This document shows, one piece after another, positions 50,991 through 59,873 of a stretch of 64,000 bases of DNA. The position numbers and the translations under genes were made by a program. Origin of the DNA: Ostreococcus lucimarinus (Eukaryota); NCBI GenBank assembly GCA_000092065.1, contig CP000584.1; one strand, given 5' to 3'. Numbering within the stretch: the stretch's first letter is position 1; every line of letters begins with the position of its first letter. The notes beneath the pieces were generated by a model that had not been told where the DNA came from, ran no database searches, and worked only from the letters and a program-made list of their open reading frames with translations.

Positions 50991-51697
50991 CGATCTCCGA
51001 GCGCGCGCGTGTGCCGACGCGGCGACGCGCGATGATGATATGATGGCGTTCGCGCGCGTATTATATGAACGACCCCCGTTTCGCTTGAGTCGCGAACCGT
51101 CGCAGCGAATCCGACGGATGGTCGATCCCGCGACGACGCGCGCGACACAACACGACGACGCCATGAACGCGATCACGCAAACCATCGCCAGCTCGGCCGT
51201 CCGCGTCAACGCGACGTCCGCGAACGCCAAGCGCGTCAACCGGTGCGTCGGCGACGCGAACGCGACGACGAACGCGCGATGACGCGCGCGACGCGACGAC
51301 GCGAGCGATCGCGCGATCGCGCGCGCGCGCGCGGAGATGGACGCGCGCGCGCGAGTTCTGGGCGTGGAAACGCGCGCGCGCGTGGATGAATTTGCGTCGC
51401 GTCGAACGACGCGCGCGAAGGCGAGGGAGACGGGATCGGAGACGGCGCGGGCGTCGAACGTCGATGGGGGCGCGGTGAAGCCCTATCCACTGGATAAACC
51501 GACGCGCGCGGCGGTTCGCGCGGCGAACGGGGCGTTCGTGGACGAAGGTTCGGGCGAGGATGGGTGATTCATCGCGGGCGAGGGATAGCGCGCGAGCGAG
51601 CGCGGACGTGGGATGAGGACTGACGTGATGACGCGGGTGATTTTCGAAACGCAGCGCGACGCGACTCTCCGCGACGCGCGCCGTCGCCGGCGTCCCG

Positions 51698-52015
51698 GTG
51701 AAGAGGTGCGCGGAGGCGATTTTCGCGAACGCGCGCGGTGTCGTCGTCTTTCGTGTGCGAAGTGGGATAACGCCTGAACGCAGACTGACGTTTGATTATT
51801 TTTTCGTACGACGCAGCGCCCGTGTCGCGCCGCGCAAGTCCGTCCGCGGCGGCGCCGCCGTGACCAAGGCTTCCATGGTTGAGGTTGCGCAAATCGCCAA
51901 CCAGGGTGCGGAGATTGCGTCTATCGCCACGACGTGCTTCATCATCACCCTCATCGGTCTCGCCTTCGGTTTTGTGCTCCTTCGCGTCGAGGACTCCGTC
52001 GTGAACGGCGAATAA
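51698..52015 (+). CDS. PETM: cytochrome b6f subunit PetM (nuclear-encoded precursor); 5' exon(s) and start unresolved, terminal exon begins at 51817
   Basis: C-terminus ...IASIATTCFIITLIGLAFGFVLLRVEDSVVNGE matches Chlamydomonas PetM TALTMVGMTLVGLAIGFVLLRVESLVEEGKI. The upstream gactgac branch, ttttttcgtacgacgcag tract and acceptor at 51815-51816 imply a spliced phase-2 exon. No in-frame ATG was found. Confidence 0.55.
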   Translation: MKRCAEAIFANARGVVVFRVRSGITPERRLTFDYFFVRRSARVAPRKSVRGGAAVTKASMVEVAQIANQGAEIASIATTCFIITLIGLAFGFVLLRVEDSVVNGE

Positions 52016-52273
52016 ACGCTCGTCGATCGGTTTTGACCACGGCGGCGTTCGGAGGGCGATTTGTTTGATTTTTGCTCAGCGAGTAGCGACGTCGCGCGCC
52101 ACGCGTGCGGCGACACATAGAAGCGATAAATATTACATCACACGATGTGCGTAACCACCGCGTTTTCCACGCACCAGCGCCCGCGTCCGTCGCCGAGCCG
52201 TTCGCCGACTCTCGCGCGTCTCGTCTCGCGCGAGGCGCGAGGCACACGCCGCGTCCGCACTTCAGAGCGTGAG

Positions 52274-52832
52274 ATGGAGTCCGTGTGGTGCCACGACTGC
52301 GCTCGGCGCGTGCACGTCGCCGCCGCGGCGCTGGATCAGGGCTCGCGAGACGCCAAGTGCCCGTCCTGCGACGGCATCTTTCTCGAGCGCGCCGAGTCGT
52401 CGTCCGCTGCCGCGCCCGCGCGCGGTCAAAGGACGGGCATCTCCGTCGTCTTCGGTCCCGCGTTCGTCGCGCACGGCGACGGCGCGTTCGGCGACTTTGA
52501 CTTCACGCAGTTGGACACGCGAAACTTCGACGCGCCGTGCGACGCGCGCGCGGTGGAGGCGCTTCCGGAGCGCGCGTGGGACGGCGGCGACGAGAAGACG
52601 TGCTCGGTGTGCCTCAGCGAGTTCGCGCGCGGCGATCGCGTGAAAACGATACCGAAGTGCTCGCATGAGTTTCATTTGAATTGTTTGACGGAGTGGTTGA
52701 AACTGGTGCGTGCGCGACGACGCGCGAGGATGAACGGATGGCGCGGACTGACGACGAATATAGCGCGATACGTGTCCGGTGTGCAGATGCAAGGTGTGCG
52801 ACGATGGCGTGGCGACGACGACGACGGCGTGA
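52274..52832 (+). CDS. BCA2/RNF126-type E3 ubiquitin ligase (N-terminal zinc ribbon plus RING-H2); join(52274..52705,52764..52832)
   Basis: WCHDCARRVH...CPSCDGIFLE is a BCA2 zinc finger. CSVCLSEFARGDRVKTIPKCSHEFHLNCLTEWLKL is a RING-H2 lacking its last Cys pair. Splicing a 58-nt intron (donor GTGCGT at 52706, gactgac branch, acceptor at 52762-52763) restores ...RDTCPVCRCKVC. Confidence 0.7.
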
Positions 52833-53048
52833 GCGCGCGCGGGAGTACAAACAAACATAGCGATATAGATAGTCACCGCTTCGTGACTTTGCGAGCGAAA
52901 TGCAATGCGATTTAGACGAGCGCCGCGCGATATGATTTCGACGACTCCGTTCGATTACAACCGCTTCTCAAACGACGGTATCGCCGCCTGAGAAGCCAAT
53001 ATATCCACTAAGTAGAACTCGCTAAGATTGATCATTCACGCCCTGCGC

Positions 53049-53738
53049 TTACTTGCCTTCCTTGGCGGCTTGGAGCTTGAGCACTTTCTGTTTCGAGGAA
53101 AATCGCGTTCGTCGCGTGGGTTAGTCGCCGCGCTCGTCGTCGTCGCTTCACATCGCCTTTACACGCGCACAAACCGCTCGCAATGCGACGCACCTTGACA
53201 ATCTTTTGCTCCTCGACGAGGAACGCGCGCACGATGCGCTCACGAACCGCGCCAGCGGACAAGACGCCGCCGTACGCGCGCGTCACGCTCTTCTTGTTCT
53301 TGGACATGTGCTTGCGGCTATACTTTTGCGTCGCCACGCGCGGAACCTATCGATCGCGGACCATCAACGCGCGTCAACGTCAGTCAAAATGCTCTTCACC
53401 GCACGCGTCCTCCCTCGCGCGCGTTTGCGTCGCGCGCGCGTCGCGTCGACGACATCGATCGCGACGAAAGCCCTAGCGCGTCGACACCGATCGACATCGC
53501 CGCGCCCTCGCGCGCCTCTTCGCGCGCTCCCGCGCCCGCGCCCGCGAATCGACGACGAGTAATTATCCACACGCACCCCGTGAATGCGACCGGCATCACC
53601 AGCCGGCGTTTGCGCGCCCTTGGTCGTCTTCTTGACGTAGGCGATGCCCAAAGACCCGCCGGGCAATCGCTTCTTGACGATCTTGTTCGAGCGCGTGTTG
53701 TACGCGTGGCGTCGCTTGTACGTGATACGGGGCGCCAT
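53049..53738 (-). CDS. RPL34: 60S ribosomal protein L34e (eL34), 117 aa; complement(join(53049..53087,53194..53346,53577..53738))
   Basis: Exon 1 [54 protein letters not shown]. Exon 2 [51 protein letters not shown]. Exon 3 [12 protein letters not shown]. The whole is collinear with human RPL34 at the same length. Both donors are GTGCGT, branches are gactgac and gactaac, all junctions phase 0. Confidence 0.85.
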
Positions 53739-53952
53739 GTTTGTTTTCGTGCGTTTGGTGTCGCGCGGGAGCGAGCGAGGCGCAAAGAGACGGATTGTGC
53801 GCGCGATTGCTTCGTTTTGGTACCCGCGATCGAGTACAGGGTTGTGGGAACACATGTGCGCGCCGCGGCGCTTGATAAGTTAATACACGAGCTAGCGCGC
53901 GCGCGAGGACTAAACAACGCGCGCTTACGCGCGGGAAAATCACACAATCAAA

Positions 53953-55440
53953 TCACGGAAACCCTAAATCGCTCTCTTCATGGTCGTCGTCGTGGACGTA
54001 ACGCGATGGATGCGACGGGCGGCGCCAGAGCTTGATTTCGTTGAGCGTCGCGGTGAGCGCGGCTTCGGCGGTGAAACGCACGGCGGTGACGGGCGAGGTG
54101 TGGAGCTTGTGGGTCATGATAGGGACGAGACGTTCAACCTCGTCGCGATGGGCGGACTGAACGATGTTAGCGTCGGGGCCGACGAAAGAGGGCGCGCGAC
54201 GAGACGCGCGCGCGGCGCCGACGGAGAGTCGCGAGGCTTGGTCCGCGAGCGTGGCGGTGTTCGAGTCGCGCGCCGCGGTTTCGCCGAAGTCGTCGTCTTC
54301 GGGGAAATGCCAGTCCCAGAACGCCACTCGACAGTCCTCGCCCACGGAGGCGATTCGAAGGAAGCGATGACCTTCGCCGGCGGCGCGCTCGTCCACGGCG
54401 ACGTCGGTGATCCAGCTGCGATGGCCGCCGCACCCCCACGCGACGACTTCTCGCTCGTACAACCCCCATATTTCGAGCATATCGCTCTCACCACCAGCTA
54501 TGACGTACCGACCGCACGGGCTCCAAGTCACGGCGTTGAAACCGGCGTAGTAGGACTTGAAGCCGGCGACGATGTTCGGCCTGTCGAGCTCGACGTCCAA
54601 CACGCGACACATCCCCGCCCCATTCACGACGACTAAATAACGACAATCGGGAGAAAATGCCGCGGCATTCAGCGTATGTCGTCCGAAATGCCATCGCGCG
54701 CTCGGATTCGACCCGGGAACTTGCGACGCGGCGACGCTCAGCGCCGACGCGTCCGCCAACGCCTCAAACTTTGCCGCGACGACATCCTTCGACGAATCGT
54801 ACGTGTACATGCTCCCATCGGCGTGCAACGACACGAAATCGAACCCCGTCGCGAGGTTCTCCTTATCGTCCCCTCTCGTTCGCCACCGCACGCACGTCGT
54901 CCTCGACGCGTTCACCCCGTCGCCGTCCGCGTTCCATCGCGTCGTCGTCGCCGTCGCCCGCTTCGCCTTCTCCCCCAACCATCTCCCCAAATCCACCCCA
55001 CACACCTCCCCGTTCGCCAATCCGACGAGCAAATCGCATCGTTCGCCCTCCTCTTTCGCCCTCCACGCCAGCGACGTCACGCACGCGCCTCCGAACGTCA
55101 CGCTCGCCGCCGTCTTCGCGTCGTTCGCCTCGTCCAACGCCATCGCGCGCACCCCCTCTCCCGCGTTCACCAGCGCGTACCGCCGCCCCTCCACCGTCGC
55201 CACCTCCACGCGCTGTCGATTTCTCGCGTCGTACGCCTCGCGCGCGCCCGCGCCTCGCGCGCGCGCCCCCGCGCGTCGCAGCGACACCGCGCGCTCCAGG
55301 TTGTACCGCCCCTCGGGCGTCTTGAAGCAATCGCGCGCGTCGCCGCGCTCGCGCGCGCGGTCGAGCGACGTCGACGCGCGCGTCGCGTCGTCGAGCGACG
55401 CGCGCGCGCGCGACGGCGCGTCGAGCGACGCGCGCGGCAT
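53953..55440 (-). CDS. WD40-repeat protein (family uncertain)
   Basis: WD repeats in the C-terminal ~330 aa (LVVVNGAGMCRVLDV...GHRSWITDVAV...VGEDCRVAFWDW). Start set at the ATG at 55440..55438. The 5' ~1.2 kb of the 885-aa track ORF is R-rich junk. Confidence 0.55.
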   Translation of the reverse strand: MPRASLDAPSRARASLDDATRASTSLDRARERGDARDCFKTPEGRYNLERAVSLRRAGARARGAGAREAYDARNRQRVEVATVEGRRYALVNAGEGVRAMALDEANDAKTAASVTFGGACVTSLAWRAKEEGERCDLLVGLANGEVCGVDLGRWLGEKAKRATATTTRWNADGDGVNASRTTCVRWRTRGDDKENLATGFDFVSLHADGSMYTYDSSKDVVAAKFEALADASALSVAASQVPGSNPSARWHFGRHTLNAAAFSPDCRYLVVVNGAGMCRVLDVELDRPNIVAGFKSYYAGFNAVTWSPCGRYVIAGGESDMLEIWGLYEREVVAWGCGGHRSWITDVAVDERAAGEGHRFLRIASVGEDCRVAFWDWHFPEDDDFGETAARDSNTATLADQASRLSVGAARASRRAPSFVGPDANIVQSAHRDEVERLVPIMTHKLHTSPVTAVRFTAEAALTATLNEIKLWRRPSHPSRYVHDDDHEESDLGFP

Positions 55441-55624
55441 CGCGCGGCGGAGTGTCGCCGTCGCGTCTCGCCCCGCAGACGGCGACGCGATGGCGACCGC
55501 GGACGCGCGCGTCGACGCGTCGAGCGACGCCGACGCCGACGCCGACGCCGATGCGTCGTCGCCGACGCCGACGGCGCGCCGCCGCGACGGCGCGCCGCCG
55601 ACGCGACGCGCGCGGCGCGACGCG

Positions 55625-55942
55625 ATGGCGACGGACGCATCGAACGCGGACGACGCGCGCGGCGCGCGACGACCGAGCGACGACGCGCTGGCGCGCGCGT
55701 ACGAACTCCTGGACGCGCGCGGACGCGGATATTTCACCGCGCGCGACGTGCGGCGCGTGGCGGACGCGAACGGGTTCGCGGACTGGTCGGACGAGCGCGT
55801 GCGCGCGATGGTGTCGGCGTTCAAGCCCGAGGTCGAGCGGCGCGTCACGCGCGACGGCGCGGACGAGAGTTTGTTTAGAATGAGTAGAGTAGAGTTTGAG
55901 CGCGCGGTCGCGCGCGCGGGGGCGCGCGCGCCGCGCGCGTGA
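55625..55942 (+). CDS. small hypothetical protein with degenerate EF-hand-like pair
   Basis: ATG ORF MATDASNADD...ELLDARGRGYFTARDVRRVADANGFADWSDERVRAMVSAF... with partly protein-like composition. Weak call. Confidence 0.25.
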   Translation: MATDASNADDARGARRPSDDALARAYELLDARGRGYFTARDVRRVADANGFADWSDERVRAMVSAFKPEVERRVTRDGADESLFRMSRVEFERAVARAGARAPRA

Positions 55943-56020
55943 TTGAAACGTACGACGGAGGCGCGCGCGCGCTCGAACGACTTCGGCGACGACGACGCGC
56001 GACACTCGACGACGCCGCCG

Positions 56021-56878
56021 ATGATGGCGCCGCGCGAGCGCGCGAGGACGATGTCTCGCGCGAGCGCGCGATCCCGCGCCGCGGTCGTCGCGGTGGTTTT
56101 CGCGGCGTGCGCGCTGTGCGGCGTCGTCGACGCCGCGCGCTTATCCGCCGCGGATCGCGCGGGCGACGACCTCACCGCGCTCGGCGCGGACGCCGTGCCC
56201 GAGGGCGACGGCGGATTCAACGACGGGTTCGTGTCTTCGCTCGGCATGGTGCTCGTGAGCGAACTCGGGGACGAGACGTTCATCATCGCCGCCATCATGG
56301 CGATGCGAAACTCGCGAGGCGTCGTCCTCGCGGGCGGGCTGTGCGCGCTCACCATCATGACCGTGCTGTCCGTCATGCTCGGGTTGGTGGTGCCGCAGTT
56401 GATTAGTAAAGAGACGGTGAGTAAGGCGGCGTTCGTTTTGTACACGTTCTTTGGATGTCGGTTGATGTACTTGGCGTACAAATCGGACGGCGCGGCGTCG
56501 ATGACGGGGGAAATCGAAGAGGTTGAAGAAAAGTTGGAAAAGGGAACGTCCGTGAGCACGCGCACGCGCGTGGCGCGTGTTTTGGCCAAGATTTCGTCCC
56601 CAGTGTTCATCGAAGCCTTTGTGCTGATCTTTTTGGCCGAGTGGGGTGACAGAAGTCAGATCACGACCATCGCGTTGGCGACGCATAAAAACCCGTACGG
56701 CGTCGCCATCGGCGGTATCCTGGGCCACACGTTCTGCACCTCCTTGGCGGTTGCTGGAGGCAGAATCGTCGCCATGAAGATTTCCCCTCGAACGGTGTCG
56801 TTCGTCGGTGGTATTCTCTTCTTCGGTTTCGCGTTGCACGCGCTTTATTTCGGCGCGCCCGGAACTGAGCACATGTGA
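56021..56878 (+). CDS. GDT1/TMEM165/UPF0016-family cation (Mn2+/Ca2+) transporter, PAM71-like, with presequence
   Basis: Two E-x-G-D-[KR]-[ST] signature motifs (ELGDETF and EWGDRSQ), each within three TM segments. Start at the ATG at 56021. Confidence 0.8.
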   Translation: MMAPRERARTMSRASARSRAAVVAVVFAACALCGVVDAARLSAADRAGDDLTALGADAVPEGDGGFNDGFVSSLGMVLVSELGDETFIIAAIMAMRNSRGVVLAGGLCALTIMTVLSVMLGLVVPQLISKETVSKAAFVLYTFFGCRLMYLAYKSDGAASMTGEIEEVEEKLEKGTSVSTRTRVARVLAKISSPVFIEAFVLIFLAEWGDRSQITTIALATHKNPYGVAIGGILGHTFCTSLAVAGGRIVAMKISPRTVSFVGGILFFGFALHALYFGAPGTEHM

Positions 56879-57012
56879 GCGAAGCGCTCCGGCTTGACAA
56901 TAGCGATCACCGTAGTTTTTTAGAAGCGCGCCACACGGTGCGATGATTGAAAGCAATTCATATGGTTAATAAATCAAGCGATAACTACCAGTACTAGACA
57001 TCGATGGCGACT

Positions 57013-57792
57013 CTAAGAGCGATCTCTCTCGTCTTTGTTCTTTTGCATTTCGTCGATGAAGCGGTCGATGGCTGTCACCATCTCTAAGTTCACCTCATAC
57101 TCCGCCTTGAGCTCCTCCGTCGCGTCCGGCGACTCGTACATGTCTTGCAAGAACGAAACCATGTATTCGTACTCCTCCTTCGTGAATAACAGCGCGGCTT
57201 CCGCGACAGCGGACGTCGCCAACAAGCTCTGCCGCTTCAACTGCGGCGGCAAATCGTGAAACTTCTTGTAGCAGTTCCCGATTCGTTCCCAGTCCCCGTC
57301 GATCATGCTCTCGCACAAGATGCGCAAGTGCACATCAATGATCGTGCTGCACGTCGTGAGATCGCCTTCGTACACTTGCGTGTACACTTCCACCACGCTC
57401 AGTTCGTTCACCGCGTCGTACGTCGTCGTCGCCCCCAGCAGCGCCGCCGCCTGGAACCTCGCGTTCACGCTCGAGTCCCCGACGTTCGTCGCGCACGCGG
57501 CGATGAGCTTCGACTCGAGCTGCGCCCACCCGAGGACGTCGTCGTGCTCGATGATCTTCGCGGGCGCGTCCGGGAACTGCCGAAGCGCCGCGTTCGCGGG
57601 CGCCTCCGCCGTCGCGGCGAACGGTTTGGCGACGCGCGCGCGGTGCGCGCGCGATGCGCGCGCGATTCGCGCGGTCGGAGTGAAAACGGACGCACGCGCG
57701 GTGCTCATCGTTCGTCTCGAGGCGCGCGAGGGCGCGGACGGGCGCGAGCACGGCGCGATGTGCGGATAAGATGCGAGTCGCTCTGACGTCAT
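57013..57792 (-). CDS. hypothetical organelle-targeted protein
   Basis: 259-aa ATG ORF with an S/T/A/R-rich N-terminus (MSTARASVFTPTARIARASRAHRARV...) and an ordinary-composition body. No family recognised. Confidence 0.5.
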   Translation of the reverse strand: MTSERLASYPHIAPCSRPSAPSRASRRTMSTARASVFTPTARIARASRAHRARVAKPFAATAEAPANAALRQFPDAPAKIIEHDDVLGWAQLESKLIAACATNVGDSSVNARFQAAALLGATTTYDAVNELSVVEVYTQVYEGDLTTCSTIIDVHLRILCESMIDGDWERIGNCYKKFHDLPPQLKRQSLLATSAVAEAALLFTKEEYEYMVSFLQDMYESPDATEELKAEYEVNLEMVTAIDRFIDEMQKNKDERDRS

Positions 57793-57975
57793 TTCCAGTG
57801 TGCCAGACGCCGTGAGAGCGGACGCGCCGATCGTGTCGCGAAACGATGGATTGCGGGACGAAAGCGAAGCGAAACGGGTGATGTGAAACTTGCGAGCGTT
57901 GCAAATATGTTGGTCTAGCGTACAACCCGTCGCGCGCGACGGGGAAAGAATCGCTCGCCTCGGCGAGGCGAATCG

Positions 57976-59043
57976 TCATCCATACTTCGGCTTCCAAACC
58001 TTTTCGAACCAATCTCTGGTTTTCGCCCACGCCTCGTCGGGGGTGTAGATCGGCTCGTACCCGAGATCGTTTTTCGCGGCCTCGATGTTGAACCATCTGT
58101 TGATGAGCAACATGCGCACGGAGAACGGAGTAAGTTTGAACTTTTTGCCGCACAGGTAGCCGACGGCGTCGCACGCGTACGCGAGCGGCATCATGAAAGT
58201 CCAACCGGGAAGCTTGAACTTGTTCTTCAACGACGGATAGCCGAGTTCGACGAATGCGCGATCCAAGAAGTCCCACAGCTTGACCGGCTCACCGTCGGTG
58301 CAAATGTAAAACTTCTTCAACGCCGGCGAATTTGGATACAACGCTCGCTCGCCCAAAATCAACCCGTGGCAATAATTATCCACGTAACACACGCTGATCA
58401 AGTTTTCCCCGTTCCCGAAAATCCTCAACCTCTTGGCGTTGATCAGGAAGTTGTGCATGAACAGCATATCCCTCGGTCCGTACACCTGATGCGGCGCCAC
58501 GGCGACGCTAAAAAACGTCTTCCCGTCGCACGCGTCCATCATCGCCTGCTCACCCATCGCCTTACTCTCCGCGTACTCCTGCAAGAACACCTTCGGGAAA
58601 CCCAATTCGCTCTCTCGCTTTCCATTGATATCGTTCCCATCGAACCGCGTCGAGGGCGACGACGACATCACGCACTTCGTAATCCCGTGCTTTTTGCACG
58701 CCGCGATCACGTTCAGCGTCCCCACGCGATTCACCGCGTCGTACAGCTCGCGCTTATGATACGGCCCGACCAGCGCCGCGATGTGCCACACGCACTCCGC
58801 GCCCTCGAACGCTCGATCGACGTCATCGGGCTTCGTGAGATCGCCCTGAAACCACACGATGCGGTCGTCGTCCTCGGCGTCGCTCGGCCTCGGCGCGACG
58901 TCGAACGCCACCACGCGCTCGGCGCCGCGCTCGACGAGCATCTCGACCAGGCGACGGCCGACGAAGCCCATGCCGCCGGTGACGACGCATCGCTTGGGGA
59001 CGGGCGGGAAGGCGGCGGGGACGGATTTCTTCGACCTCGCCAT
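57976..59043 (-). CDS. sterol-4-alpha-carboxylate 3-dehydrogenase, decarboxylating (NSDHL/ERG26; 3beta-HSD family)
   Basis: VVTGGMGFVGRRLVEML Rossmann motif, catalytic YxxxK (YAESK), and overall collinearity with NSDHL. Confidence 0.85.
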   Translation of the reverse strand: MARSKKSVPAAFPPVPKRCVVTGGMGFVGRRLVEMLVERGAERVVAFDVAPRPSDAEDDDRIVWFQGDLTKPDDVDRAFEGAECVWHIAALVGPYHKRELYDAVNRVGTLNVIAACKKHGITKCVMSSSPSTRFDGNDINGKRESELGFPKVFLQEYAESKAMGEQAMMDACDGKTFFSVAVAPHQVYGPRDMLFMHNFLINAKRLRIFGNGENLISVCYVDNYCHGLILGERALYPNSPALKKFYICTDGEPVKLWDFLDRAFVELGYPSLKNKFKLPGWTFMMPLAYACDAVGYLCGKKFKLTPFSVRMLLINRWFNIEAAKNDLGYEPIYTPDEAWAKTRDWFEKVWKPKYG

Positions 59044-59211
59044 CGCGCGAGGCGAACAGTGCGGCGAAGAGCGAGCGCGCGCGAGCGACGTCGACGAGCG
59101 CGCGTTCGGCTAAGAAGAGTTCGTGATGATGATCAACGCTACCTAGGATTGTGATCTCTCCGGATGAGTGGCTAATTCTATCGCGCGCGCGGCCGGCGCT
59201 CGTCTCTGCGC

Positions 59212-59702
59212 TCACGGCGCGCTCGGCGCCGTCGCGGAGTCGATGGCCGACTTCGCCGCTTTCAAACGCTCCTTCAACTCCAACGCGAACACGCTCTTTA
59301 AATCTTGATCGCGCGTGCGCAAGATGTACTCGTCCAACCCGCCGGCTTTGTCCATGCAGCGGAGCGCGTGCGCGGTGACGCGCATCGGGATCATCTCCTC
59401 CAGGAGTTCGCTGTACACTCGCTTCTTTTGCGCGTTCGGAAGCCATCGACGGCGAGTTCTGCGCGCGCGAAAATGCGACACGAATCGTTAGTCGATGACC
59501 GGCGGCGCGGCGGCGCGCCGAGACCGTGCGTCGGGGCGGTGAGATCGCTCGAACGCGACGCGAACACGCACTTGTTGCCCCCGTCCTCGCTCACGTTGTT
59601 GCCGAATTTGATGTGTTTACCCGCGAACAGACCGCGGCGCGCCTTGCCTTGCACCACGCGCGCGAGGGCGCGTCGCACGGCGGGCGCGAGCTCGGTGGAC
59701 AT
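59212..59702 (-). CDS. mitochondrial ribosomal protein bL28m; complement(join(59212..59458,59572..59702))
   Basis: Exon 1 MSTELAPAVRRALARVVQGKARRGLFAGKHIKFGNNVSEDGGN(K). Exon 2 (K)TRRRWLPNAQKKRVYSELLEEMIPMRVTAHALRCMDKAGGLDEYILR. Matches Arabidopsis bL28m RAKRGLYAGRHIQYGNRVSEDGGNKSRRCWKPNVQEKR...THALRCIDKAGGIDEYLL. The intron is phase 2 with donor GTGCGT, a gactaac branch and acceptor cag. Confidence 0.8.
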
Positions 59703-59873
59703 CGAGGCGCGGCGCGGACGTGTGCGGTGAGGTATCGTTTTCGTGGGTGATATCGTACAGCGCGAGCTAGGTATGAGTGAATGAATGTTTCGTTTGTGCG
59801 CGCGACGCGCCGTGCGGTTTCGGTGGCGACCTCGGCGAGTGTTTCACGTTCGAGCGCGACGACTTGCGTCTCC

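Noticed and set aside
51337-51567. ORF MDARARVLGVETRARVDEF... as PetM first exon
   Set aside because: Its only plausible donor (GTGAAG at about 51466) leaves the wrong phase for the phase-2 PetM exon. The PetM 5' structure is left unresolved rather than forced.
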